Sequence record: OY978111.1
Reading direction: 5' to 3' (one strand)
Length of the DNA stretch: 32,000 nt
Every line of letters begins with the position of its first letter. Positions within the stretch are counted from its first letter, which is position 1. Shown here piece by piece: positions 8,124 to 19,492 of this stretch. Both the position numbers and the translations under genes were made by a program. The notes beneath the pieces are model-generated. The model had not been told where the DNA came from and searched no databases. It was given only the letters and a program-made list of their open reading frames with translations.

Positions 8124-9650
8124 TTAAACTGATTGACGACGAGTTGAAGTATCACCCAATTTAAGGAATGCACCGAATTCAACTTGCTCGTCTAAATCAG
8201 CATCAATACCAGCAAATACGTCTCGGAAAATAGTACGAGCACCGTGCCAAATATGGCCAAAGAAGAAAAGAAGGGCAAAACATAAATGTGCAAATGTAAA
8301 CCAACCACGTGGGCTTGTACGGAAAACCCCATCTGATTGTAATGTTGCACGATCAAACTCAAAAATCTCTCCTAATTGAGCACGACGTGCATATTTTTTC
8401 ACAGTTGCTGGATCACTAAATGTTACACCATCAAGTTCACCACCATAGAATGTTACAGAAACACCAACTTGCTCAATACTATATTTTGATTCAGCACGAC
8501 GGAAAGGTACATCTGCTCGAACAACACCATCTTTATCTAATAAAATAACAGGGAATGTTTCAAAGAATGATGGCATTCGACGAACAAAAAGTTCGTTGCC
8601 TTGTTTATCTTTAAAAACAGCATGTCCTAACCAACCTACAGCAATACCATCACCACTGTTCATAGCACCAGAACGGAAAAGACCGCCTTTAGCTGGGTTA
8701 TTTCCGATATAGTCATAAAAAGCTAATTTCTCAGGAATTTCAGACCATGCTTGAGAAGAAGATTTCCCAGAAGCTAGACTTGTTTGAACACGAGTTTCAA
8801 TTTCTTGTTGGAAGAAACCTAAATCCCATTGGTAACGAGTTGGACCAAAGAGTTCAATTGGTGTTGCTGCGGAGCCGTACCACATTGTTCCTGAAACTAC
8901 GAAAGCAGCCCAGAAAACTGCAGCAATACTACTTGAAAGAACAGTTTCAATGTTACCCATACGTAAACCATTATATAATCGTTGTGGTGGACGAACACAT
9001 AAATGAAATAAGCCAGCTAATACACCAAGAATACCAGCAGCAATATGGTGTGATGCAATACCACTTGGGTTATACGGATCAAAACCAGTTGCATCCCAAG
9101 CAGGAGAAATAGCTTGAACACTTCCAGTAATACCATAAGGATCTGACACCCAAATACCAGGGCCAAATAAGCCTGTTACGTGGAACGCACCAAAACCAAA
9201 ACAAAGAAGTCCACTTAAAAATAAGTGAATCCCGAAAATTTTTGGTAAATCAAGTGCTGGATTTCCAGTTCGTGGATCACGGAAAAGTTCTAAATCCCAA
9301 TAAACCCAATGCCAAATAGAAGCAGAAAATAGTAAACCCGATAAAACGATGTGAGCGGCAGCAACACCTTCATAACTCCAAATACCTGGATTTGTTGCTG
9401 TTTCACCACTAATTGTCCAACCACCCCATGATTGAGCGATTCCTAAACGTGTCATAAAAGGAAGAACAAACATCCCTTGACGCCACATAGGATTTAAAAC
9501 CGGATCAGACGGATCAAATACAGCAAGTTCATAAAATGCCATTGATCCAGCCCAACCAGATACGAGAGCAGTATGCATTAAATGAACAGAAATTAAACGA
9601 CCGGGATCGTTTAATACTACTGTGTGAACACGGTACCAAGGAAGACCCAT
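8124..9650 (-). CDS. psbB: Photosystem II CP47 chlorophyll apoprotein
   Basis: This 508-aa ORF reads [66 protein letters not shown]..., canonical CP47. Confidence 0.99.
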   Translation of the reverse strand: MGLPWYRVHTVVLNDPGRLISVHLMHTALVSGWAGSMAFYELAVFDPSDPVLNPMWRQGMFVLPFMTRLGIAQSWGGWTISGETATNPGIWSYEGVAAAHIVLSGLLFSASIWHWVYWDLELFRDPRTGNPALDLPKIFGIHLFLSGLLCFGFGAFHVTGLFGPGIWVSDPYGITGSVQAISPAWDATGFDPYNPSGIASHHIAAGILGVLAGLFHLCVRPPQRLYNGLRMGNIETVLSSSIAAVFWAAFVVSGTMWYGSAATPIELFGPTRYQWDLGFFQQEIETRVQTSLASGKSSSQAWSEIPEKLAFYDYIGNNPAKGGLFRSGAMNSGDGIAVGWLGHAVFKDKQGNELFVRRMPSFFETFPVILLDKDGVVRADVPFRRAESKYSIEQVGVSVTFYGGELDGVTFSDPATVKKYARRAQLGEIFEFDRATLQSDGVFRTSPRGWFTFAHLCFALLFFFGHIWHGARTIFRDVFAGIDADLDEQVEFGAFLKLGDTSTRRQSV

Positions 9651-9701
9651 AAAAATTGTCTCTTAAATTTTTTTTTACTTTCTTTCTTTAAAAATTATCA
9701 A

Positions 9702-9732
9702 AATATTGGTGGTCTAAAACCGCCAATTAATG
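9702..9732 (+). repeat. SDR-X copy ~50 nt upstream of psbB
   Basis: The sequence is aatattggtggtctaaaaccgccaattaatg. It forms the hairpin attggtggt-ctaaa-accgccaat with one G-U pair. Confidence 0.75.
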
Positions 9733-9867
9733 AAATTTAGATAGTCTTGGTTTTAGTATACCACAGCTTGAATTGAATTGGAATATTTTTTCGAAAACTA
9801 ATGTGTTGCGAAGCGACGCAACAGAATATTTTCAATGGAATTCCTCGTGAAGCTACACACAAGGCCA

Positions 9868-9902
9868 GCGATGCTGGCGCATCGGGCAAAGCCCGCAAAG
9901 AT
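9868..9902 (+). repeat. SDR-E copy in the psbB-ccsA spacer, ending inside the ccsA stop codon (9903-9905) boundary
   Basis: The sequence is gcgatgctggcgcatcgggcaaagcccgcaaagat. A third partial copy, taaagcccgcaagcgtc, lies at 2284-2300. Confidence 0.8.
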
Positions 9903-10895
9903 TTAAAGATAATTTTGAAGAAGGTAAATGATACTAAAAAAACCATAGGTATGAAGACCTTTTCCTAATAAATTCACTCCTAAATAACACACCCAAACTA
10001 AGATGAATCCAAAACTTGCAATTGCTGCAGGTTTCATTCCTTGCCACCCATAAATTAGACGGGTATGTAAATAACAGGCAAAGGTTAACCAGGTTATGAG
10101 AGCCCAAGTTTCTTTTGGATCCCAGCTCCAATAGGTTCCCCAGGTTTCATTGGCCCACACCGCTCCAGACAAAATACCTAATGTTAAAAAACAAAAACCT
10201 ATTCCAATAGTACGATAACTTAAATTATCTAAAATGCTTAACAAATTTTCTCTTTGAGACGATGTTTCAAGTGTTTCTCCTGTTTGAGACGCAAAAGTCG
10301 ATGGAGAGGTATTAAGAAAATTCGAGGATAAAGGAATTGGGACAGAAAGGACTTCTGTTTGTGGCACTGCGTCTTCTCCTTTCGAATTTGAAACACTTGA
10401 AATAATAAGATAACTGAATGCAACCAAAGAACCTATTAATAAGCCTGCATAACTTAACATCATTACACTAACATGCATAAAAAGCCAATTTGATTGTAAA
10501 GCCGGGACTAAAGGTTTGGATAGTTGAAGATCCGTAGGTAAACTAAATCCAGTAAAGCCTAAAACACACAAAATTAATGGAGAAATAACGACTCCAATAA
10601 ATTCTGTTTTAAGAAAATTTTCTACAACAAGATAGATCAGAGTAAAACTCCAACTTAAAAAAAGTAATGACTCATATAAACTGCTTAATGGAAAATGACC
10701 AGATTCTACCCAACGGAAAACTAATTGAACGGCAATTCCAAAGTTAAGAATACAAAAGCCCCAAAAACCGAAAAAAGTGGTCGGGTTTTTTGGAAAAAAG
10801 ATAACTTTTGTCCAATAATAAATAGTTGTGAAAAAACTCACTAAAAAACACAAATTACTTAAGAAGGATTGCATGTGTAAAAATTGTATATTCAT
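9903..10895 (-). CDS. ccsA: Cytochrome c biogenesis protein CcsA (heme attachment, System II)
   Basis: The protein is polytopic and carries the Trp-rich WWD-type motif WGTYWSWDPKETWALITWL. The track ORF starts at a GTG (10916). I prefer the first ATG (MNIQFLHMQSF...), so the start is uncertain by 7 codons. Confidence 0.9.
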   Translation of the reverse strand: MNIQFLHMQSFLSNLCFLVSFFTTIYYWTKVIFFPKNPTTFFGFWGFCILNFGIAVQLVFRWVESGHFPLSSLYESLLFLSWSFTLIYLVVENFLKTEFIGVVISPLILCVLGFTGFSLPTDLQLSKPLVPALQSNWLFMHVSVMMLSYAGLLIGSLVAFSYLIISSVSNSKGEDAVPQTEVLSVPIPLSSNFLNTSPSTFASQTGETLETSSQRENLLSILDNLSYRTIGIGFCFLTLGILSGAVWANETWGTYWSWDPKETWALITWLTFACYLHTRLIYGWQGMKPAAIASFGFILVWVCYLGVNLLGKGLHTYGFFSIIYLLQNYL

Positions 10896-11110
10896 AATAA
10901 TCGAGTTGAAACTCACTTTTTTTTTATTATAGGGGATTTTTGAAGTAATTACAAAAAGATTTTTGTTTTATGAAAACTTATGAAAACAGAAAACTATGGA
11001 TTGGTTTAAAATATAAAAGAAACTAGTACTATGTTATGTCGCTTTGTGGTCAGATTTTAATATGATGTTAAAGTGGCGCAAAAGCGCATTAGAAGAGAGA
11101 GTCAAGATTT

Positions 11111-13404
<2,294 letters not shown>

Positions 13405-13495
13405 AAAACAAATTTAACGTGACCTAAATATCTTTTCTTGACAGCGACTGTGTCCTGAAATGGCGCCACGCTGCAGCAACACGCGAAGCACGCCT

Positions 13496-13523
13496 GGTCT
13501 AGTCTGCGGCCGCAGACTAGACC
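13496..13523. repeat. 28-nt perfect palindrome (14-bp arms, NotI site at centre) downstream of chlN
   Basis: The sequence ggtctagtctgcggccgcagactagacc is its own reverse complement. It lies 92 nt after the chlN stop and directly follows a GCGAAGC-containing GC-rich patch (13461-13495). Confidence 0.9.
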
Positions 13524-13591
13524 ACACCAATATTTGTCTACTATTGAAATTTTTTTGAAAGCCCGTATAATAAAAAGAAACCTTTTTAAAA

Positions 13592-13665
13592 GGGCTTGTA
13601 GCTCAGTGGACTAGAGCACGTGGCTACGAACCACGGTGTCGGGGGTTCGAATCCCTCCTTGCCCA
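13592..13665 (+). tRNA. trnR(ACG): tRNA-Arg (anticodon ACG)
   Basis: The sequence is gggcttgtagctcagtggactagagcacgtggctACGaaccacggtgtcgggggttcgaatccctccttgccca. The D, anticodon and T arms are canonical. As I draw it, the acceptor stem has U5:U68 and U6:U67 oppositions. Confidence 0.88.
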
Positions 13666-13836
13666 AAAAAGAAAATTAACAATTTGTTTAAATTGAGTTA
13701 ATTTGCAAGTTTTGAAGTTCCACATATTTTCGATATCAGAGATACTGGCATAAGATCTATATCACCAGTATAATACTATATAACTTCTCCTAATCTCGAT
13801 TTTCGAATTAGTGAAATTTTGATATATAGTTATTTT

Positions 13837-14694
13837 ATGGAAACACTACGTAGTTTAGGAAATAACCCGGAAACGGAAAGTCGTGTTGTGGTTGTCACAT
13901 CGGGAAAAGGCGGTGTTGGAAAAACTACTACAACAGCAAATTTAGGCATGTCTATTGCCCGGCTTGGTTATAAAGTAGCTTTAATTGATGCTGATCTTGG
14001 TTTACGAAATTTGGATTTATTATTGGGTCTCGAAAATCGCGTGCTATATACCGCAATGGATATCGTTGAAGGTCAATGTCGCTTAGACCAAGCTTTGATT
14101 CGAGATAAAAAATGGAAAAATTTAGCTCTTTTAGCCGTTTCTAAAAACCGACAAAAATATAATGTTACTCGAAAAAATATGCTGAATTTGGTCAATTCAG
14201 TCAAAGAGCTCGGGTTTCATTTTGTTTTAATTGATTGTCCAGCAGGAATTGATGTTGGGTTTATTAATGCGATATCTTCAGCAACGGAAGCGGTAATTGT
14301 CACAACCCCAGAAATTACCGCAATTCGAGACGCGGATCGTGTTGCAGGACTTTTAGAGGCAAATACTATTTATAATGTAAAATTACTTGTGAACCGTGTT
14401 CGACCGGATATGATCCAAAAAAACGACATGATGTCCGTGCGTGATGTTCAAGAAATGCTTGGTATTCCCCTATTAGGGGCTATTCCAGAAGACACCAATG
14501 TTATTATTTCTACAAATAAAGGGGAACCTCTTGTTTTAAATAAAAAATTAACATTATCAGGAATTGCTTTTGAAAACGCAGCTCGACGACTCATTGGTAA
14601 ACAAGACTATTTTCTCGATTTAAATACACCTTCGTCTGGAATTGAAGATTCTTGGCGTCAAAAACTTCAAGATTTTTTTCTTGGAAATTCATGA
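13837..14694 (+). CDS. minD: Septum site-determining ATPase MinD (plastid division)
   Basis: The sequence METLRSLGNNPETESRVVVVTSGKGGVGKTTTTANLGMSIARLGYKVALIDADLGLRNLDLLLGLENRV... has the deviant Walker A motif typical of MinD. The track ORF starts at TTG 13819, and I use the first ATG. Confidence 0.94.
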   Translation: METLRSLGNNPETESRVVVVTSGKGGVGKTTTTANLGMSIARLGYKVALIDADLGLRNLDLLLGLENRVLYTAMDIVEGQCRLDQALIRDKKWKNLALLAVSKNRQKYNVTRKNMLNLVNSVKELGFHFVLIDCPAGIDVGFINAISSATEAVIVTTPEITAIRDADRVAGLLEANTIYNVKLLVNRVRPDMIQKNDMMSVRDVQEMLGIPLLGAIPEDTNVIISTNKGEPLVLNKKLTLSGIAFENAARRLIGKQDYFLDLNTPSSGIEDSWRQKLQDFFLGNS

Positions 14695-14847
14695 GATTTC
14701 TTCGAATGAGCTGCTTTGCAGCGCAAGAGTACAAATTGTGTGCCATTTTAGCATCAAAGTCTTTGATACATGGTGCAATAGGTTTAATTCGCAAAAAAAC
14801 TTCACTTGTGCAAAAAGAAAAACTATGGTATCCTTTCTTTTAAATAT

Positions 14848-14869
14848 GAAAAGACAAAAAAGTCTTTTC
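14848..14869 (+). promoter_or_regulatory. 8-bp stem-loop 46 nt upstream of the rbcL ATG (candidate rbcL 5'-UTR element or minD 3' element)
   Basis: The arm gaaaagac (14848-14855), an aaaaaa loop and the arm gtcttttc (14862-14869) form a perfect stem. Confidence 0.4.
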
Positions 14870-14914
14870 TTCGGGCAGATTGAAAGATCGTAACATAGAA
14901 CTATTTTTGTTAGA

Positions 14915-16342
14915 ATGGCTCCACAAACTGAAACTAAAGCAACTGCTGGATTTAAAGCAGGTGTAAAAGACTATCGTTTAACTTACTATACTCCTGATTA
15001 TCAACCAAAAGATACTGATATTCTTGCAGCATTTCGTATGTCACCTCAACCAGGTGTTCCTGCTGAAGAAGCTGGTGCTGCTGTAGCTGCAGAATCATCA
15101 ACTGGTACTTGGACTACAGTATGGACTGATGGTTTAACTAGTTTAGATCGTTATAAAGGTCGTTGTTACGACATCGAACCAGTTCCTGGTGAAGAAAACC
15201 AATATATTGCATATGTTGCATATCCTTTAGATTTATTTGAAGAAGGTTCTGTAACAAACTTATTTACGTCAATCGTAGGTAACGTATTTGGTTTCAAAGC
15301 TCTTCGTGCATTACGTTTAGAAGATCTTCGTATTCCACCAGCATACGCTAAAACTTTCCAAGGACCTCCTCATGGTATCCAAGTTGAGCGTGACAAACTA
15401 AACAAGTACGGTCGTGCTTTATTAGGTTGTACAATTAAACCGAAATTAGGTCTTTCTGCGAAAAACTACGGTCGTGCTGTATACGAATGTTTACGTGGTG
15501 GTCTTGACTTTACAAAAGATGATGAAAACGTAAACTCTCAACCATTCATGCGTTGGAGAGATCGTTTCTTATTCGTTGCTGAAGCGATTTACAAATCTCA
15601 AGCTGAAACTGGTGAAATTAAAGGTCACTATTTAAATGCTACAGCTGCTACATCTGAAGAGATGCTAAAACGTGCTGCTTGTGCTAAAGATCTTGGTGTA
15701 CCAATTATCATGCACGATTACTTAACTGGTGGTTTTACTGCAAACACTAGTTTAGCTCATTATTGTCGTGATAATGGTCTTTTACTTCACATTCACCGTG
15801 CGATGCACGCTGTAATTGACCGTCAAAGAAACCATGGTATTCACTTCCGTGTTTTAGCTAAAGCTCTTCGTTTATCAGGTGGTGATCATTTACACTCTGG
15901 TACTGTTGTAGGTAAACTAGAAGGTGAACGTGAAGTAACTCTAGGTTTCGTTGATTTAATGCGTGATGACTACGTAGAAAAAGATCGTAGTCGTGGTATT
16001 TATTTTACACAAGATTGGGCTTCTTTACCAGGTGTTATGCCGGTAGCATCAGGTGGTATTCACGTATGGCATATGCCAGCGCTTGTAGAAATCTTTGGTG
16101 ATGACGCTTGTTTACAATTCGGTGGTGGTACTTTAGGTCACCCTTGGGGTAACGCTCCAGGTGCTGCTGCAAACCGTGTAGCTTTAGAAGCATGTGTACA
16201 AGCTCGTAACGAAGGTCGTGATCTTGCGCGTGAAGGTGGTGATGTAATTCGTGCTGCATGCAAATGGAGTCCAGAATTAGCTGCTGCTTGTGAAGTTTGG
16301 AAAGAAATTAAATTTGAATTCGAAACTATCGATACTCTTTAA
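14915..16342 (+). CDS. rbcL: RuBisCO large subunit (form IB)
   Basis: This 475-aa ORF reads [75 protein letters not shown]... Confidence 0.99.
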   Translation: MAPQTETKATAGFKAGVKDYRLTYYTPDYQPKDTDILAAFRMSPQPGVPAEEAGAAVAAESSTGTWTTVWTDGLTSLDRYKGRCYDIEPVPGEENQYIAYVAYPLDLFEEGSVTNLFTSIVGNVFGFKALRALRLEDLRIPPAYAKTFQGPPHGIQVERDKLNKYGRALLGCTIKPKLGLSAKNYGRAVYECLRGGLDFTKDDENVNSQPFMRWRDRFLFVAEAIYKSQAETGEIKGHYLNATAATSEEMLKRAACAKDLGVPIIMHDYLTGGFTANTSLAHYCRDNGLLLHIHRAMHAVIDRQRNHGIHFRVLAKALRLSGGDHLHSGTVVGKLEGEREVTLGFVDLMRDDYVEKDRSRGIYFTQDWASLPGVMPVASGGIHVWHMPALVEIFGDDACLQFGGGTLGHPWGNAPGAAANRVALEACVQARNEGRDLAREGGDVIRAACKWSPELAAACEVWKEIKFEFETIDTL

Positions 16343-16383
16343 TTTTCTTTTTACTATTCATTCTCGATTTTATTGAGAAACGT

Positions 16384-16413
16384 CTTTCCCTTCGGTAATT
16401 CCCGAAGGGAAGG
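16384..16413 (+). terminator. rbcL 3' stem-loop
   Basis: The arm cttt-cccttcgg (16384-16395) pairs with ccgaaggg-aagg (16402-16413), giving 12 bp with one G-U pair and the loop taattc. It lies 42 nt after the rbcL stop. Confidence 0.65.
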
Positions 16414-16520
16414 GTTATTAAATTTTTTGTTGAAAAATACCTTTTTTTAGCGATTGTAATATAAAAAAATCTTGGGTGATTGAAAAGGCCGGGAATTTAA
16501 CTTTTAGCAACCAGTGCAAA

Positions 16521-16556
16521 GGGCTGCGTAGGAACTCTTTGAGAGGCACATTAGCT
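16521..16556 (+). repeat. SDR-B copy, short form
   Basis: The sequence is gggctgcgtaggaactctttgagaggcacattagct. Both arms (gggctgcgt and gaggcacattagct) are identical to the arms of 18085-18141. Confidence 0.85.
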
Positions 16557-16646
16557 AGACTTATAATAAGGTCCGCTTAATATCTCGGTTTTATCTGCTG
16601 ATGCATAAAATACCCATATTTTATGGTCAAGCGATAAAATGAATGC

Positions 16647-16677
16647 CTAGCAATGAAAATCTGAGTTTCATTGCTAG
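16647..16677 (-). terminator. petD 3' stem-loop
   Basis: The arm ctagcaatgaaa (16647-16658) pairs with tttcattgctag (16666-16677), a perfect 12-bp stem with a 7-nt loop. It lies 42 nt downstream of the petD stop on the minus strand. Confidence 0.6.
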
Positions 16678-16718
16678 AAGGACAAAACAAATTTTTAATT
16701 CTTCATTAACAAAAAGAT

Positions 16719-17201
16719 TTAAAATAAACCTAATGTTAATGAAATATCAATTGGTAATGCCGCACCAATTCCTAACCAAACAGCTACCACTGTTCCTAAA
16801 AGGAAGACAGTCATCGCTACTGGTCGACGAAATGGGTTTTGGAATTTATTAATGCTCTCAATAAAAGGAACAGTAATTAAACCTGCTGGCACTGCTGCCA
16901 TTAAAAGTACTCCTAATAATTTATTAGGAACTGTGCGTAAAATTTGGAATACAGGATAGAAATACCATTCAGGTAAAATTTCTAATGGTGTTGCAAAAGG
17001 ATTTGCTGGTTCACCCATTGCTGCTGGGTCTAAAACTGATAATCCAATTAGACACGCAAATGTCCCGAAAATTACAACTGGGAAAATATAAAGTAAATCA
17101 TTTGGCCATGCAGGTTCACCATAATAATTATGGCCCATGCCTTTGGCTAGTTTTGCTCGTAATACTGGATCCGATAAATCTGGTTTTTTTGTAACCGCCA
17201 T
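16719..17201 (-). CDS. petD: Cytochrome b6-f complex subunit IV (uninterrupted)
   Basis: An internal ATG of track ORF 16719..17294 gives the 160-aa product [89 protein letters not shown]... Confidence 0.97.
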   Translation of the reverse strand: MAVTKKPDLSDPVLRAKLAKGMGHNYYGEPAWPNDLLYIFPVVIFGTFACLIGLSVLDPAAMGEPANPFATPLEILPEWYFYPVFQILRTVPNKLLGVLLMAAVPAGLITVPFIESINKFQNPFRRPVAMTVFLLGTVVAVWLGIGAALPIDISLTLGLF

Positions 17202-17301
17202 AGTTTCAACTCCGTGATGTTTATAAAAATAAAATACTGTTTCTTTTGCGCTCATTGTTGGCCTTTGCCCGCAATCCGTGCATTGTGCGACCAAAAGGGC
17301 T

Positions 17302-17324
17302 GCGACGCTCAGCTTCGCAGAAGG
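17302..17324 (-). repeat. SDR-A-related copy in the petB-petD spacer, fused to an SDR-B-type gggctgcg 5' arm (17297-17304)
   Basis: The reverse complement is ccttctgcgaagctgagcgtcgc, about 18/21 identical to the family core. Confidence 0.7.
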
Positions 17325-17355
17325 TCACTCAAACAAATGAGCACAACTAATTCGA

Positions 17356-18003
17356 TTAAAGAGGTCCGGAAATCCCTTGTTTTCGGATCATTAAGAAATG
17401 CATAAGCATAAACACTGCTGTAAGAAGTGGTAATACAAATGTATGTAAACTATAGAATCGAGTTAAAGTCGCTTGACCTACACCAACACCACCACGTAAA
17501 ATCTCTACTAAACCCGGCCCAATAACCGGAATCGCATCAGGTACACCTGTTACAATTTTTACAGCCCAATAGCCAATTTGATCCCATGGTAATGAATATC
17601 CAGTTACTCCAAAAGAAACTGTACATACAGCCATAATGACACCTGTTACCCAAGTAAGTTCACGTGGTTTTTTGAATCCACCAGTTAGGTATACACGGAA
17701 TACGTGAAGCACCATCATTAATACCATCATACTTGCTGACCAACGGTGAATTGAACGAATTAGCCATCCGAAATTTACATCAGTCATAATGTATTGCACT
17801 GAATTAAATGCTTCAGCAACCGTTGGACGATAATAAAACGTCATGGCAAATCCTGTAGCTACTTGTACTAAAAAACAAGTAAAAGTAATTCCACCGATAC
17901 AATAAAAAATATTTACATGAGGCGGAACGTATTTACTTGAAATATCATCACCAATTGCTTGAATTTCAAGACGTTCCTCAAACCAATCAAAAACCTTCGA
18001 CAT
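17356..18003 (-). CDS. petB: Cytochrome b6 (uninterrupted)
   Basis: This 215-aa ORF reads [66 protein letters not shown]... Confidence 0.98.
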   Translation of the reverse strand: MSKVFDWFEERLEIQAIGDDISSKYVPPHVNIFYCIGGITFTCFLVQVATGFAMTFYYRPTVAEAFNSVQYIMTDVNFGWLIRSIHRWSASMMVLMMVLHVFRVYLTGGFKKPRELTWVTGVIMAVCTVSFGVTGYSLPWDQIGYWAVKIVTGVPDAIPVIGPGLVEILRGGVGVGQATLTRFYSLHTFVLPLLTAVFMLMHFLMIRKQGISGPL

Positions 18004-18084
18004 ATGAATTTGAATTATTTTCTCTGCATAAGGCAGAGTTGATTTAAAACCACAATTAGGCTGAGTATTTATTTTAAAAAAGAT

Positions 18085-18141
18085 GGGCTGCGTCTCTTGC
18101 TTTTCTCAATTGTATTGAGAAAAGCAAGAGGCACATTAGCT
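18085..18141 (+). repeat. SDR-B copy, long form (contains the clpP 3' hairpin)
   Basis: The sequence is gggctgcgt-ctcttgcttttctcaattgtattgagaaaagcaagag-gcacattagct. Confidence 0.85.
18092..18132 (-). terminator. clpP 3' stem-loop (17 perfect bp, extendable to 19), embedded in an SDR-B copy
   Basis: The arm ctcttgcttttctcaat (18094-18110), the loop tgt and the arm attgagaaaagcaagag (18114-18130) form the stem. It lies 34 nt downstream of the clpP stop and upstream of petB. Confidence 0.65.
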
Positions 18142-18165
18142 GCGCTTAGCAACCTAAATATATCA

Positions 18166-18774
18166 TTAGGCGCTTTTCGACCATTTGGTATCTACTGCGA
18201 CTTGATCAATTAGTCCGTAGTCTTTTGCTTCACGTGCTGATAAGAATTGATCTCGATCCATATCTCGCGAAATCCGACTTAATGATTGACCAGTACGTTC
18301 TGCATAAATTTGTCCAACTTGGCGACGAATTCGCATCACTTCTTCAGACTCGGATAAAACTTCAGATGCTTGGCCTTGACTTCCTCCTTCTGGTTGGTGA
18401 ATCATAATACGAGAATAAGGTAAAGCGATCCGTTTTCCACGGTCACCGCCAGCTAGCACAAATGATGCCATTGAAGCTGCTGTTCCAACACAAATGGTAG
18501 TAACTTCAGATTTAATATAGTTCATTGCATCATACACAGCAATCCCACACGTGACAGAGCCACCTGGAGAATTAATATAAATGTATAAGCCTTTATTTTT
18601 TTCTTCAGCATTTAAATAAAGCATAATACCAATGAGTTGATTTGCCAACTCATCATCTAATTCTTGGCATAAAAATAAGACTCGTTCGCGATAGAGTCGA
18701 TTATACAAATCTACCCATTGTGCGGAAGGTTCACCTGGGAGACGGAATGGGACTTTTGGAACACCAATAGGCAT
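18166..18774 (-). CDS. clpP: ATP-dependent Clp protease proteolytic subunit (no intron or insertion)
   Basis: This 202-aa ORF reads [35 protein letters not shown]...INSPGGSV...[14 protein letters not shown]...MIHQP.., which contains the Ser-His-Asp catalytic context. Confidence 0.97.
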   Translation of the reverse strand: MPIGVPKVPFRLPGEPSAQWVDLYNRLYRERVLFLCQELDDELANQLIGIMLYLNAEEKNKGLYIYINSPGGSVTCGIAVYDAMNYIKSEVTTICVGTAASMASFVLAGGDRGKRIALPYSRIMIHQPEGGSQGQASEVLSESEEVMRIRRQVGQIYAERTGQSLSRISRDMDRDQFLSAREAKDYGLIDQVAVDTKWSKSA

Positions 18775-18982
18775 AATAAAATAAACAGATTTTTTCTATA
18801 CGTTTCTTAATATTTATCGCAGAGACCGTTTCGTAAAGCATCGCAAAGCGAATACAATAAAAAGTCATTGCAAAGTTAAAATTTCTTCTAAAATGCGTTT
18901 TTCAAGGCTGTTTTCTTCTATGTTGAGCTACAAAGCAGCTCAACCGCTAAATATGTCTTGAACCAAAGCTTTTGTAAGGCAA

Positions 18983-19008
18983 GGTCAGCGACGTTACACT
19001 TTGCAGAA
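18983..19008 (-). repeat. SDR-A degenerate copy upstream of clpP
   Basis: The reverse complement is ttctgcaaagtgtaacgtcgctgacc, 21/26 identical to 2373-2398. The substitutions destroy the hairpin. Confidence 0.65.
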
Positions 19009-19420
19009 GGGCTCTGATTTAACTTCACTTCGAATATATATACTTTAGTATACGCGAAATAAAGAAAAAAACCAAATAACAGATCTATACTTTCAAAACA
19101 AAAATTAATTTTTTTCTTTTCAAATACTTTTTTACTTTCACTTAGATAAGCCCGAAGTAAACCAATTCTTTTTCGAAAGAAGTAAAAATTCCTCGACAAG
19201 TTTTTCAGAGCATGCTAGCATTGACTACGAGATTCATCCGTCTAGAGACTTCAACTTAAAATCATGTCAGAACTGAAAAGGGGCAGCATTATGGGTTGAA
19301 AATGCTTTGAGATATGATGAGTCTCTCTATTTTTGTTAATAAAATACTTTAATCTTTTTAACGAGTTTATACTCGTTGGCATCGCCGAGGCAATACATCG
19401 GCGATATCATTATTTATCAT

Positions 19421-19492
19421 AGGCGGCACCCAGATTCGAACTGGGGACTAGAGGATTTGCAATCCACTGCCTTACCACTTGGCTATACCGCC
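19421..19492 (-). tRNA. trnC(GCA): tRNA-Cys (anticodon GCA)
   Basis: The reverse complement is ggcggtatagccaagtggtaaggcagtggattGCAaatcctctagtccccagttcgaatctgggtgccgcct. There is one U:U opposition in the anticodon stem. Confidence 0.9.

Noticed and set aside
8747-9112. A 121-aa plus-strand ORF inside psbB. Similar ORFs lie antisense to coding genes at 341..794 (tufA), 3083..3304 and 3562..3861 (rps18/rpl20), 9934..10423 (alternative frames in ccsA), 11802..12035 and 12723..13022 (chlL/chlN), 16035..16259 (rbcL), 16985..17194 (petD), 18225..18407 (clpP), 20154..22855 (six ORFs in rpoB) and 26646..29008 (several in rpoC2, including the 131-aa ORF 27218..27613).
   Set aside because: All lie entirely within, and antisense or out of frame to, strongly conserved genes. 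Their sequences are low-complexity with no family resemblance. Such ORFs are expected by chance opposite codon-biased AT-rich genes.
13592-13665. Two U:U oppositions (5:68, 6:67) in the trnR(ACG) acceptor stem, which could suggest a pseudogene.
   Set aside because: The D, anticodon and T arms are perfectly canonical and closely match plastid trnR(ACG). My unverified recollection is that land-plant copies also show non-Watson-Crick positions here. Without a folding tool I cannot exclude having misdrawn the stem, so I treat the gene as functional.
13819-13836. N-terminal extensions implied by the ORF track for minD (TTG 13819), rps7 (to 1770), petD (to 17294), psbH (TTG 6694), psaJ (to 2600), rpoC1 (TTG 23697) and ccsA (GTG 10916).
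   Set aside because: In each case the conserved protein begins at a downstream ATG that matches the family N-terminus. The extensions are non-conserved and, for petD and rps7, run into repeat or spacer sequence.
14591-14893. Three short ORFs (63-83 aa) in and around the minD 3' end and the minD-rbcL spacer.
   Set aside because: They overlap each other and minD in different frames and have no resemblance to known small plastid proteins. The spacer is more plausibly the rbcL promoter and 5' UTR.
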